DNA from: Candidatus Micrarchaeota archaeon | GTDB taxonomy: Archaea; Micrarchaeota; Micrarchaeia; Anstonellales; Bilamarchaeaceae | Reading direction: 5' to 3' | DNA length: 64,000 bases | Assembly (NCBI GenBank): GCA_040754495.1 | Contig: JBFMCO010000028.1 | Span: 13,878 to 77,877, forward strand | In this document: positions 1-9,066 of the stretch, piece after piece | How positions within the stretch are numbered: the stretch's first letter is position 1 | How the letters are laid out: each line of letters begins with the position of its first letter | The notes under the pieces: generated by a model | The model's database searches: none | What the model saw: the letters and a program-made list of their open reading frames with translations, nothing else | Told to the model about the DNA's origin: nothing | Translations under genes and position numbers: made by a program

Positions 1-1789
1 CCTCGGGCCCGCCGACTTCGCCTAGATAGCCGCCGCGGACGTCCACCGACACTCCGCGGTCGAACCTGAAGCCGAAGACGCCGAAGCCGTCGAGCGTGTG
101 GCTGCCGGACGAGATGTTGTAGTCGTACCTGAAGCCCGGGCTGAAGAACAGGGACCAGTTCGGGTTCAGCTGCCATGTGAAGTCGGCCGGCCTGAGCTCG
201 GCACCGACGCGGTGCTGCTCGAGGAAATACGAGTACTGGGGGGTGATTTCGGAGCGTATCCTCATCGTGTTCCCCTCCATCCAGTTGCCCTCGAAGCTTA
301 TGTTCGCGTAAACGTTCGTCGGCGCGCCCACTATCCCCGCGCCGACCCTGGACATCCTGACCGGGGCGCGCTGGCCCTCGCGGCCCGGGAACCTCACCTC
401 CACGCCGGTCACGCCGAGATACGCGCCCTGGTCGCCGACCTGCACCCTCTGCGTGGCGCCGGTCTGGTCCGCCACATCCGCGCCTATTTCCCACGCGCGG
501 TAGCCGACGTTGGCATGAAGGACGATTTCCATCGGGTTGCCCCATGCGCTCGCGCCTATGCCTATCTGCGGCGTGACGCCGATAACGTGGCCCGTTCCCT
601 CGAGCCTGCGGCTTCCCACCTGGCGGACGCCTCCGGCTTCGCCTGCGGCGCCCGGAGTTACCTCGAACTGCCGGAGCTGGCCGCTCATGAGCAGGTATTC
701 GTAGTGCAGGCCGAGCGCGAGCCACAGCACGCGGGGCTGGAACTCGCTGTCCCTAGAGCCCCGGATGAACTCGGTGAATGCCTCCATGTTCCTGTCGAAC
801 TCGTACCTGACCGTGACCCCCGCCCGCATGACCGCGATGGCACGCTGGTTCACGCTGATGACGTAGAGGTTGTTGAGCTGGCCGTACACCGCGTTCAGGG
901 CCGGCTCCTGCGACAGCTCGGCAAGGCCGGTGCGCAGGTCGCCGCGCGATAGGGCCGCCATTGCCGCGGCGAAGTGAGGATGCACCGAGGAGTTCCATAT
1001 CTCCTTGTTGGATGGTATCTGGCTGAGCGACTGGTGAAGCGCCTGCGCGGCAGCCGTCTGCGCCGCGATATCGTTCGGATGGTTGGTGAGCGTAGCGTAC
1101 GCGTTGCCGAGCGAGGTCATCGCGCCGACTGCGTTGCTCTCGCCGCCGAACATGGAGTTCAGGGCCGGGGTGCTGCTCGCGTTTACGGCCACGAGGCTTT
1201 CGTTCGCGGAGCTGCTAAGAAGGTGAATCGGGCCCATGTCGCGGAGCTGCGTCTCGATGAGCGGCAGGGACTGCCTTGTTGCGGCCTGGTCCTCGGCCCT
1301 CGGCGCCTGCGCAAGGGCACCGCCGCGGCTTGTGCGTATGAGGGCCGCTATCTCGGTCCCTATGGTTTCATATGAGGAGTACTGGGCCTCGCCCTGCCCG
1401 ATGCCCGCATCAATCGGCACGAGCGTCCTCTCGAGCGGCTGCGCCTGGTCCCCGAGCGTCCCTCCGCCCTGCACGAGCTCGTGCGTGCGGCGGATGGCGG
1501 CGATGTGGGAGCGCACGAGGTACGCGACCGCGCCGTCGCGGCCGTTCCCCTCGCCGAGCACCCGGATTGCCTCGTCATAGACAGCCCTGCGGGCGTCGCC
1601 TTCGGGCGGCCGGTCGCCCCTCATGAGCGTGATGAGTTCCCCTATGCGGACCGCGTACTGCGCCTGCGACTGCGCGTTCGGCGCGTTAGTCGGATGTGTC
1701 GCGCTCATCGGCCGGCTGAGGTCGTTTATCAGCGTAATCTGAGGATTCGCAGCTTCTTCCCTTCTTTCCCGAGTCGCAGGTCCGGTCAT
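1..1789 (-). CDS. Partial (runs off window start) ORFan, >596 aa; helical N-half plus amphipathic beta-strand-rich C-half; paralogue of 1982..4129
   Basis: Hand translation from ATG at 1789 (MTGPATRERREEAANPQ...) is open to position 1; GGTGA SD upstream; aligns with the neighbour (GDARRAVYDEA vs GDARRPVYDRA; IPSNKEIWNSSVHP vs IPSDKEIWNESVHP; QHRVGAELRP vs QHRVGADLRP). Absent from the ORF track because it lacks a stop. Confidence 0.85.
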   Translation of the reverse strand, partial: MTGPATRERREEAANPQITLINDLSRPMSATHPTNAPNAQSQAQYAVRIGELITLMRGDRPPEGDARRAVYDEAIRVLGEGNGRDGAVAYLVRSHIAAIRRTHELVQGGGTLGDQAQPLERTLVPIDAGIGQGEAQYSSYETIGTEIAALIRTSRGGALAQAPRAEDQAATRQSLPLIETQLRDMGPIHLLSSSANESLVAVNASSTPALNSMFGGESNAVGAMTSLGNAYATLTNHPNDIAAQTAAAQALHQSLSQIPSNKEIWNSSVHPHFAAAMAALSRGDLRTGLAELSQEPALNAVYGQLNNLYVISVNQRAIAVMRAGVTVRYEFDRNMEAFTEFIRGSRDSEFQPRVLWLALGLHYEYLLMSGQLRQFEVTPGAAGEAGGVRQVGSRRLEGTGHVIGVTPQIGIGASAWGNPMEIVLHANVGYRAWEIGADVADQTGATQRVQVGDQGAYLGVTGVEVRFPGREGQRAPVRMSRVGAGIVGAPTNVYANISFEGNWMEGNTMRIRSEITPQYSYFLEQHRVGAELRPADFTWQLNPNWSLFFSPGFRYDYNISSGSHTLDGFGVFGFRFDRGVSVDVRGGYLGEVGGPE

Positions 1790-1878
1790 AGATTAGTCAC
1801 CTCAATAATGACGCTTTAACACTTGGGGCGTGGTTATTAAAAAGATGCCCGGCCCGGAACGTCGGTGCGGCAGGGCGA

Positions 1879-1970
1879 GGGTTTCGGGTCTCCGGTTTCC
1901 TGTTTCCGGTTTCCGGTTTCGGGTTTTGCGCTCCCGGTACGGGGGACTGGAAACCGGATGCTGGCAGCCC
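1879..1970. repeat. Heptamer-unit imperfect palindromic repeat (GGTTTCC/GGAAACC family), intergenic copy
   Basis: Tandem 7-mers ggtttcg ggtctcc ggtttcc tgtttcc ggtttcc ggtttcg ggttttg followed by complementary-type units ggaaacc ggatgct ggcagcc. Confidence 0.75.
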
Positions 1971-1981
1971 GTCCGCCATGC

Positions 1982-4129
1982 TTACCGCCTTTCCCCGCTG
2001 TCGGTTCCGAGCCTGACTCCGCCGCTCACGCTTCCGCTGCTCCCCCAGTACCCTGGCGTGAGCACGAGGTTGAGCGTGCCGGTGACCGAGTCCGGGACGT
2101 GGTATGCCTCCTGCCCGAAGCGGTCCATGAAGTAGCCAACGCGCGCATCAAGGGCGACCCCGCCGGCGTATCTGAAGCTCGCATGCACGTACGGCTCGAA
2201 GCTGTGGATGAGGTGCTCGGTGTTCAGGTCGTACCTCAGCCCCGGGCCGAAGTACCACGTCCAGTTCTGCCCGCTCTGGATGCTGAAGTCTATCGGCCGC
2301 AGGTCCGCGCCCACGCGGTGCTGGAAGAACCATGAGTCGTCGAGCAGCTCCTGCCTCTTCCCCCAGAACAGCATGTAGTGGGGCGTGAGCGAGGTCTCGA
2401 GGCGCAGCGCGTTGCCCTCGGTCCACCTCTGCGACAGCGTGAAATATGCGTAGGGGTTCGTGTTGAACGTGCCGAGGCCCCACCTGCTCAGCCTGAACGA
2501 GGACATCCGCCCCTCGTAGCCGACCATGGCGACGTCGAAGTTCAGCAGCCCGTATATGCTGCCCTGGTTGACTGAGAGCCTCTCGGCGCTGCCGTTTATG
2601 TTCACGGTCTGGTCTATGTTCCACCAGAGGTAGCCGAGCCTCCCCGTGAGCGTGGTCTCGACCGGCTGGCTGAACATGCTCCCGCCCCAGGTCACCCCCG
2701 CCTGGAGGTCTATGGCATGGCCGTCGCCTTCGACAGGGCGGGCCGGGCCGCGCGAGACGGCCTGGTTCGTGGCCGGGTCTATGGATACCGTCTGGTCCCG
2801 CCCGCTCATGAGCAGCCAGGCGTAGTTGGCGCCCACGTCATAATGCAGGACGTCCCAGGCATAAGGCCGGTCGGACGTGCCGCGCCGGTATGCCTGGAAC
2901 TCGGTGATGTTCTCCTGCTCGGGGAACCTGAGTATGAGGCTGGTGCGGATGCGCGCGAGCGCCCGCTGGCTTATCGTGACCTGGTGGAGGTTGCCGAGGG
3001 AGTCGTAAACCGCGTTGAACGCGACCTCGCGCCTCAGCGCATCGAGCCCCCCGCGGAGGTCTCCCCTTGAAAGGGCCTGCATGGCCGCTGCGAAGTTCGG
3101 GTGAACGCTCTCGTTCCATATCTCCTTGTCCGAGGGAATCCTGCTGAGTGCCGAGTGGAGCGCCCGTGCCGCATCGGCCTGCGCCGAGAGGTCGCCGGGG
3201 CTGTTCATCATCACCGCATACGCGCTCGCGAGCGTGTTCAGGGATTCCTGCGCAATGGACTCGCCGCCGAAGAGGGAGTTCAGAGCGGGCGTGGACGCGG
3301 CGTCGAGCGCCACGAACTGCCTGTTGCCGAAGCCGCTCAGGAAGAACTGCGAGCCGAAATCGAACGGGAGCATAGCTATGAGCGGGAGCGACGGGTTCGT
3401 TACAGCCCGGTCCTGCTGCGTCGGGTGGTCGGTAATCCTCCCGCCCCTTATGGCGCGGATGAGCTCGGCCACTTCTGAGCTGACCGGGTCCAGCGCCTCG
3501 TAATTGCTCTCGCCCATCGCGACTCCGCGCTCGATGCGCACGAGCCTCTGCTCGAGGCCGGCGGTCTCTATCCTCGCGTTCTCGTCTGCGGCCACCATGC
3601 CGTGCAGCCTGTGAAGCGCGGTCGAGTACGCGCGGGTCACGGCGTCGAGGGCCGTGCCGCGGTTGTTCCCGTAGAGCGCCATCGCACGGTCGTAAACGGG
3701 CCGCCTCGCATCGCCTGATGCCGGGGGGTTGAGAAGCAGTTCGCGTATGTCGTGCAGCCTGACAAGGTTGACCGAGAGGGCTTCCATCGTCGGCGCGTTC
3801 ACCGGGTGGGTGATTGCGGTGACATCCCCGGGCAGGGCATTCAGCGTGGTGATGAGCTGGTCGTTCGTCGGCGCGCTGGCAGTAGCTCCGCCATCGGCCC
3901 TCTGCACCGCGGCCGGCTGTCTGGGCGGGGGCGGCTGGGAGGGGCCTCCGTCCTGGGCCAGCGCGTATCCGGGCGCGATGAGGCCGGCGACTGCGAGCGT
4001 GCCCGCGACCATGAACTCCCGCGCTCTCCTCGCGGTCGCTTCAAATCTGGTGGTTCCCCGTGTTTCCTTGTCGTTGATGCCGTTTGTCAGTCTCAAGCCT
4101 ATCCCCTCCCTCTGCGAATATCCATCCAC
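1982..4129 (-). CDS. Secreted ORFan, ~700 aa, with signal peptide and C-terminal beta-barrel-like domain (start uncertain: GTG 4129 or TTG 4096)
   Basis: ORF track; RRAREFMVAGTLAVAGLIAPGYALA|QD signal-like N-terminus; C-terminal ~300 aa of alternating Gly/aromatic-rich strands. Confidence 0.85.
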   Translation of the reverse strand: MDGYSQREGIGLRLTNGINDKETRGTTRFEATARRAREFMVAGTLAVAGLIAPGYALAQDGGPSQPPPPRQPAAVQRADGGATASAPTNDQLITTLNALPGDVTAITHPVNAPTMEALSVNLVRLHDIRELLLNPPASGDARRPVYDRAMALYGNNRGTALDAVTRAYSTALHRLHGMVAADENARIETAGLEQRLVRIERGVAMGESNYEALDPVSSEVAELIRAIRGGRITDHPTQQDRAVTNPSLPLIAMLPFDFGSQFFLSGFGNRQFVALDAASTPALNSLFGGESIAQESLNTLASAYAVMMNSPGDLSAQADAARALHSALSRIPSDKEIWNESVHPNFAAAMQALSRGDLRGGLDALRREVAFNAVYDSLGNLHQVTISQRALARIRTSLILRFPEQENITEFQAYRRGTSDRPYAWDVLHYDVGANYAWLLMSGRDQTVSIDPATNQAVSRGPARPVEGDGHAIDLQAGVTWGGSMFSQPVETTLTGRLGYLWWNIDQTVNINGSAERLSVNQGSIYGLLNFDVAMVGYEGRMSSFRLSRWGLGTFNTNPYAYFTLSQRWTEGNALRLETSLTPHYMLFWGKRQELLDDSWFFQHRVGADLRPIDFSIQSGQNWTWYFGPGLRYDLNTEHLIHSFEPYVHASFRYAGGVALDARVGYFMDRFGQEAYHVPDSVTGTLNLVLTPGYWGSSGSVSGGVRLGTDSGERR

Positions 4130-4138
4130 CCTCTAGTA

Positions 4139-7100
4139 TTACTGCCTTGTAGCGCTCGGCCTCACGATGAGCACCGGCGTGGTGTCGCCGTATTCGACGA
4201 CCGTGTTGGCAGGCGACGCCCTCTCGAAGCACACGTGCTGCGTGCCAGCCTCGTGGCTCATGCTGCGCTCCAGGCGCGCGTCCCTGATTGGCTCAAGCGT
4301 GCCCGCACGAACCTGGTAGAGGACGTTCTCTGCCCTCACCCTGCCGTTGTCCTCGAGGACCGGGACCCACTCGGGGCCGGTCGAGGCCGCAAGGCCCGAG
4401 CGCCTCACGCGTACGACGAAGTCGCCCCTCGTGCCGTCGCTGAGCGTAACGCCCCTCATGACCTGGCCGAGGTATCTCGGCGCTCCGGATTCGCGGTACT
4501 GCGGGTTCAGGACGTACTGTATGGGCGAGCCGGACGAATCCGTCGGGCCGAGCACCTGGTACATGAACCAGTAGTATGTGAGGTTCTGCTGGCCGTGCTG
4601 CCTCTGGTACGTGTCGAGGTCGACCGCGGAGCCGCTCCTGGGCTGTATCATGGTGCGCGTGGCCGAGAACCGGACGCGCCTCGGGTCTCCCGAGAGCCTC
4701 TCGACGCTTATTGCGTCCTGAGCCACGTAAGCGGATATCTCCGGCGTGACCACGGTCGGCCTCGGGATGTCCGTGAGGCGGCCGCCCGTGCCGTCCGTGA
4801 GGCTTTCGAGCCCCACCTCGGCCACCGCTATGCCAATCCTCGGGTCTACGCGGCCTGCGAAAAGGTCCTGGTCCATGGCCGCTGCGGCGTCCCTGCGGAC
4901 TCTCTGCGCCTCGGCAAGGGCGGCCTCTGCCCTAGTAATATATCTTACGCCGGGGGCCGGCCTCCTCTGCGCTCCTGTCCCGGCCACGGTGGACTGCTTG
5001 AGGTCCTGCACCCGAATCGGCTGGCCGTCCGCGAGCACGACGTTGCCGCCGAGCCGGTTGGACAGCTCGGCAATCCGTATGTCGAGGATAGCAAGGAACA
5101 GCCGGTTTACCTCGCGCTGCTGCGCCGCGGCGTCGCGCGAAGAATATGAGACGGATATCTCAGTCATCCGCTCGCCGAGCGCCTGCATGAGCGGCCTGCC
5201 GGCCGGAAGCCCGTATTCGCGCGCGATGCGCTGCATCTCGGTCTTGAGCGCGCGGTCCTGCGCCTCGTACGGAGTGCCCGTCCTTATCGGCCAGGAATCC
5301 GGCGCGTTGTTGAGCATGCGCAGGAGCGACGGCGTCGAATCATCTCCGCGCGTTATCGTCTGCCTGAAGAGCTCGGCGTATGCCTGCCCCCAGCGGTAGT
5401 GGTCCATGCCCTCGTGTGCGACGCTGGCCATGGCCTCATCGCCCGGGTTCTCGCCAGGCACCCAGTGCTGGTCCACCGGGCTGACCGTGGTCCTGCGCCT
5501 GCCTGCGAACCGCTCCATGTTCGGGAATCCGCCGAGCTGGTCCACGGCCGCTATCCTGCCCATCCTGAAATCAAGGGCTCCGAAAGGCCCGGAAAGGCTC
5601 CTTCCGGACATTGTGCGCTCGGTGGCCGAGGGCCCGAAGAGCGTCGCCTCGTCCCTGAGGCTGATGAGAAGCGATATGTGCCTCTGCTCGGCCGCGGCTG
5701 CTGCGGAGCGGCGCTCGGCCGATGTCGGGTTGGCGGCATCCGCGACGGTCACTTCGGTCGCCGGCGTCCCATATGCGGCCAGCGACGCGAACATCGCCGG
5801 GGCCTCGCTCACGGCAAGCGGCCTCGGCGCGAGCATGTTTATGGCCTCTTCGGCGTAGTTCCTCGAGATGTTCGGGTGGAACGTGCCTGCAAGGTCCGGG
5901 TAGTTCAGCAGGAACTGGGCCCTCGCGCGGCTTATTACGTCGCGGGCTGATGTCAGCGTCGCCGATGGCAGCGATGTGGGGCGCATGCCCGCGTTCGCGA
6001 CCCAGAGCTCGGCCTCCCTTATCGTGGAGAGGTTGAGCGCCATCTGGAAGAGCGTATCCGATACGAGAGGTATCTGCGCTGCCGGCGGGGCGGTAGCGGT
6101 GGCGGCCAGCCAGGCGTTCGCTGCCTGTATGAGCGCATCGTCCGCGGCCATGCCCGAGTCGCGCGCGAGCTGGACGGATGTCTCGAGGAATCCCCTGGCC
6201 ATGGTGAGCCTCTCCTGGCTCTGCCCGTCCACCGGGACGTATGCAGCGCCGACCCTCCTCGTTCCCATCTGGTACGGGAGATACTCGGTCTCGAAAACAG
6301 GCCTCACCGAGCGGAGCCTCGCCACATGCTGGACGTAGCCCTCGTTGGAGAGCGGCGCCCTCCTCGATATCTGGTCATAGACGCCGTAGAGGACGTCGTC
6401 GTGCACGTACTGCTTGGACTGCATGAGGGCCGGAATCACCGCGCGCTCGGCATCCTGCCTCTGCCTGGCCGTGACAGTCGTTCCCGGCGTAAGGCCGAGG
6501 TGCAGCTCCACGATTCTCGTGCGCACCTGCTGGGAATAAGCGTTGTACGGGTTGAACTGCGGGTCGACGAGCGTCATTGAGGCTATGGAGTAGTTCTCCC
6601 ACATGGGGATGCGGTCGCTCTGGTCCATGCCGTGGCCGCGGGCGTATTCCCACATGTCCACGAGCGTGTTGACGGTCCTCTCATCAGAGGTAACGGACTG
6701 GTAGAGGTCCGCGACCACGCGGAACGGAATCCCGGCGGTCTGGCCCGAAAGGGCCCTTGCCTGGGTAAGCCGGACCTGCATGCTAGATTCAAGGTCCTCG
6801 CGGCCGTTCCTCTTGCCGTGCGATGTGCGCGAATAGGTGCCTGCGCGGACCGAGTCGCGCCTCTCTGCCGCCTGGAGTTCCGCCCTCGTCGGCAGGTGGC
6901 TGGAATGAATCCTCGCCACCGCGCCGTCCGCTATCGGGATGACGCCCTGGTCGAGTATGAGCCGGTAAAACGCCTGCTCCCTCTGGAAGAGCTGCCTGGC
7001 TTCTGCTATCTTGCTTGCATCCGTGCGGCCGGCCTCGAGAAGGGAGAGCATCTGCTCCATGGGCCTCTCGCCGAGCAGCCAGACGCTGGGCAGGAGCTGC

Positions 7101-8143
7101 GCGATGTCGCGCGCTGCCTGCGTCGATGCGTTAGCCGGGTCCTGGACCCACTGCGAGAGCGCGGTGTACCTGTCGTTGAGCGGGTGCGCCCTGGCCTCGG
7201 AGACGGTGTAGCCCGCCGTTGTGGCGCCGGCCTCGAGAGCGCGCCTCCGCGCGTCGACTATCTCGCCGCTGTTTCCGTCGCGGCCGTAGGCGAACCTGCG
7301 TGCCTCCGCCACCTTGTCGTCGACGCTTCTCTGGCGGATTGGGGTGCGGTCTATCTCGCGGTTGAGCTCGCGGATGAGCCTCCCTGCCCTGTCCCGGACC
7401 GTCCTGCTCTGGCCGCTCTGCTGGATTGCGTTCAGGTCGTCCAGAAGCTGCTGGTTCTGGGTGCGGAGCGTCTCGGCCGTGACGGCCGGAACTACGACCG
7501 GCGCAGGCACCACCGTCGGGGCGGGCTGGGCGGTCTGAGCCGGCTGGGCTGGCTGCGGCGCACCGAGCGTCGGGACTACCACGGCCTGGACTGCGTCCGC
7601 TCCACCGCCGCTGAGGGCGATGTTCGTCCTGAGGAGAAGCTCGGTGAGCACTGCGTCGTTTATTGAGCTGTCCTGGGTCCTGCCGGTGAGTCCGGACCGT
7701 GTGCGCCAGGAGGAGTTGAGCCAGGTGTTGACCGAGCGGAACCTTTCCTGCGGCGTGGTGCCGGTCACTGGGATGCCGAGCCTCTGCGCGTTCGTGGCCA
7801 GAGTCTCGATGAGCGTATTGACCGGAGCGTCGAGCTGGGAAATCTCGGCAGGCACGCCGGCGCGCCTCTTCTCGTCCATGAGCCTGCGAACCGCGTCGAG
7901 CTGGGTGACGAGCGTGTCCCTCAGAGCCTCAGCAGTCCTAACATCCGCCTGCCGCGAATCCTGCGCAGCAGCCTCGCGCATACCCGGTCCAGTCATAGTA
8001 GCACCCGCCGTAAAAGCAACAAGCAGGAATCGCCCGAAATACGACGTCCTGCGCCCGATATGAACATTCCCGGAGTTAGGATTTAAATATTCGCGCTCCC
8101 CCCCGACTGAATCTTGAGAATGTCTAAGCCTCGGTCCACCCAT
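4139..8143 (-). CDS. Giant ORFan (~1,285-1,334 aa), mostly helical; start at ATG 8143 or ATG 7996 (MTGPG...)
   Basis: Long ORF with host-like GC3; SD-like GGGGAGG before 8143, GGGTG before 7996; the first 49 codons of the track ORF lie in AT-rich promoter-like DNA; stop lies 9 bp from the next gene. Confidence 0.85.
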   Translation of the reverse strand: MGGPRLRHSQDSVGGEREYLNPNSGNVHIGRRTSYFGRFLLVAFTAGATMTGPGMREAAAQDSRQADVRTAEALRDTLVTQLDAVRRLMDEKRRAGVPAEISQLDAPVNTLIETLATNAQRLGIPVTGTTPQERFRSVNTWLNSSWRTRSGLTGRTQDSSINDAVLTELLLRTNIALSGGGADAVQAVVVPTLGAPQPAQPAQTAQPAPTVVPAPVVVPAVTAETLRTQNQQLLDDLNAIQQSGQSRTVRDRAGRLIRELNREIDRTPIRQRSVDDKVAEARRFAYGRDGNSGEIVDARRRALEAGATTAGYTVSEARAHPLNDRYTALSQWVQDPANASTQAARDIAQLLPSVWLLGERPMEQMLSLLEAGRTDASKIAEARQLFQREQAFYRLILDQGVIPIADGAVARIHSSHLPTRAELQAAERRDSVRAGTYSRTSHGKRNGREDLESSMQVRLTQARALSGQTAGIPFRVVADLYQSVTSDERTVNTLVDMWEYARGHGMDQSDRIPMWENYSIASMTLVDPQFNPYNAYSQQVRTRIVELHLGLTPGTTVTARQRQDAERAVIPALMQSKQYVHDDVLYGVYDQISRRAPLSNEGYVQHVARLRSVRPVFETEYLPYQMGTRRVGAAYVPVDGQSQERLTMARGFLETSVQLARDSGMAADDALIQAANAWLAATATAPPAAQIPLVSDTLFQMALNLSTIREAELWVANAGMRPTSLPSATLTSARDVISRARAQFLLNYPDLAGTFHPNISRNYAEEAINMLAPRPLAVSEAPAMFASLAAYGTPATEVTVADAANPTSAERRSAAAAAEQRHISLLISLRDEATLFGPSATERTMSGRSLSGPFGALDFRMGRIAAVDQLGGFPNMERFAGRRRTTVSPVDQHWVPGENPGDEAMASVAHEGMDHYRWGQAYAELFRQTITRGDDSTPSLLRMLNNAPDSWPIRTGTPYEAQDRALKTEMQRIAREYGLPAGRPLMQALGERMTEISVSYSSRDAAAQQREVNRLFLAILDIRIAELSNRLGGNVVLADGQPIRVQDLKQSTVAGTGAQRRPAPGVRYITRAEAALAEAQRVRRDAAAAMDQDLFAGRVDPRIGIAVAEVGLESLTDGTGGRLTDIPRPTVVTPEISAYVAQDAISVERLSGDPRRVRFSATRTMIQPRSGSAVDLDTYQRQHGQQNLTYYWFMYQVLGPTDSSGSPIQYVLNPQYRESGAPRYLGQVMRGVTLSDGTRGDFVVRVRRSGLAASTGPEWVPVLEDNGRVRAENVLYQVRAGTLEPIRDARLERSMSHEAGTQHVCFERASPANTVVEYGDTTPVLIVRPSATRQ

Positions 8144-8353
8144 GTTAAGCAGCCTCCCCTCGTAAACACTGTTGTATATTATTTGAAACACATGGTTTTT
8201 AAACCAATCTTTTCCACCGTCGATAACTATCCGGGAGCCCTCCCTCCGGTGCCCGGGTGCGGTGATATGGGGGATAATATGCCCGAACATGTATATAAAT
8301 ATTATAGAATTTGGTTGTTTGCGCCTTTTGAAGAGCAGGGGGCTCCCTAAAAC

Positions 8354-8962
8354 TCAGGCGGCCTTGGCCGCGGGCTTTGCGGACTTGCCCTTCCGGACGA
8401 TGAAGCCGGCCACCTGCATGACGATGACTAGGGCGCCCAGGGCGAGGAGGGCGTATTCCGCGATGTTGGTGGGGCGGGCGCCGGTGGTTATCCCGCTCTG
8501 GGCGAGGAAATGGAACGGTGACAGGACGAAAGCGATGTAATTGAGCTGTTGTATCCGCTTCCACCACGGCCCGAGGCGGGCGAGGGCGAGGTCGTTCGAT
8601 ACTGCGGCTATCACGAGGAGGATTATGGCGGCGGCGGCCCCTATCTGCAGGGGGAGGAAACCCAGCATCATCTCTATGTTCCAGCCGAAATACAGCGCGG
8701 TTACGAGAAGGCCGTGCACGAGCACGAAGATGAACGCGGAAAGGCCGACCGCCCTCCGCGGCTCGACTAACGGGGCGAATTCCTTCGGCCGGAAGACGAA
8801 AAGCGGGCCTATCACGAGGCTGACGCAGAGCAGGAGGAACGCGGATACCCCCATGAATCGGATGATAAGCTGCGCAGGCTGACCTTCGAGCGTGGCGTAA
8901 TAGCCGGCAACGAGCGCGAGCGTTACCAGAAGCAGGAAGAACAGCATGCTGTGTTTCTGCAT
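8354..8962 (-). CDS. Ferric reductase-like transmembrane protein (MsrQ/YedZ family)
   Basis: Six hydrophobic helices; RRAVGLSAF..VLVHG and WKRIQQLNYIAFVLSPFHF heme-ligand motifs. Confidence 0.8.
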   Translation of the reverse strand: MQKHSMLFFLLLVTLALVAGYYATLEGQPAQLIIRFMGVSAFLLLCVSLVIGPLFVFRPKEFAPLVEPRRAVGLSAFIFVLVHGLLVTALYFGWNIEMMLGFLPLQIGAAAAIILLVIAAVSNDLALARLGPWWKRIQQLNYIAFVLSPFHFLAQSGITTGARPTNIAEYALLALGALVIVMQVAGFIVRKGKSAKPAAKAA

Positions 8963-9066
8963 GCAGATGCATCGGAAACTGGGATTAAAAAGCATCCACT
9001 AACTTCCGCGCCAGCCTGCAACCCGGCCCCCGAAAGGGCAATAAGCCTTTGGAGAATCATCTTCCC

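Noticed and set aside
98-1819. Plus-strand ORFs over the first 1.8 kb (e.g. 98..952)
   Set aside because: Antisense shadows of the minus-strand barrel-like gene, which is supported by paralogy
3960-4060. Tat signal in the 715-aa protein (TARRAREF)
   Set aside because: RR is present but the S/T-R-R-x-F-L consensus is poorly matched; treated as a generic signal peptide
3752-7666. Long plus-strand ORFs 3752..5149, 5399..5950, 6632..7666
   Set aside because: Arg/Gly/Val-rich antisense translations typical of high-GC DNA; opposite a better gene
8144-8290. Track start of the 1383-aa ORF at 8290
   Set aside because: Runs through AT-rich promoter-like DNA; better SD contexts at 8143 and 7996
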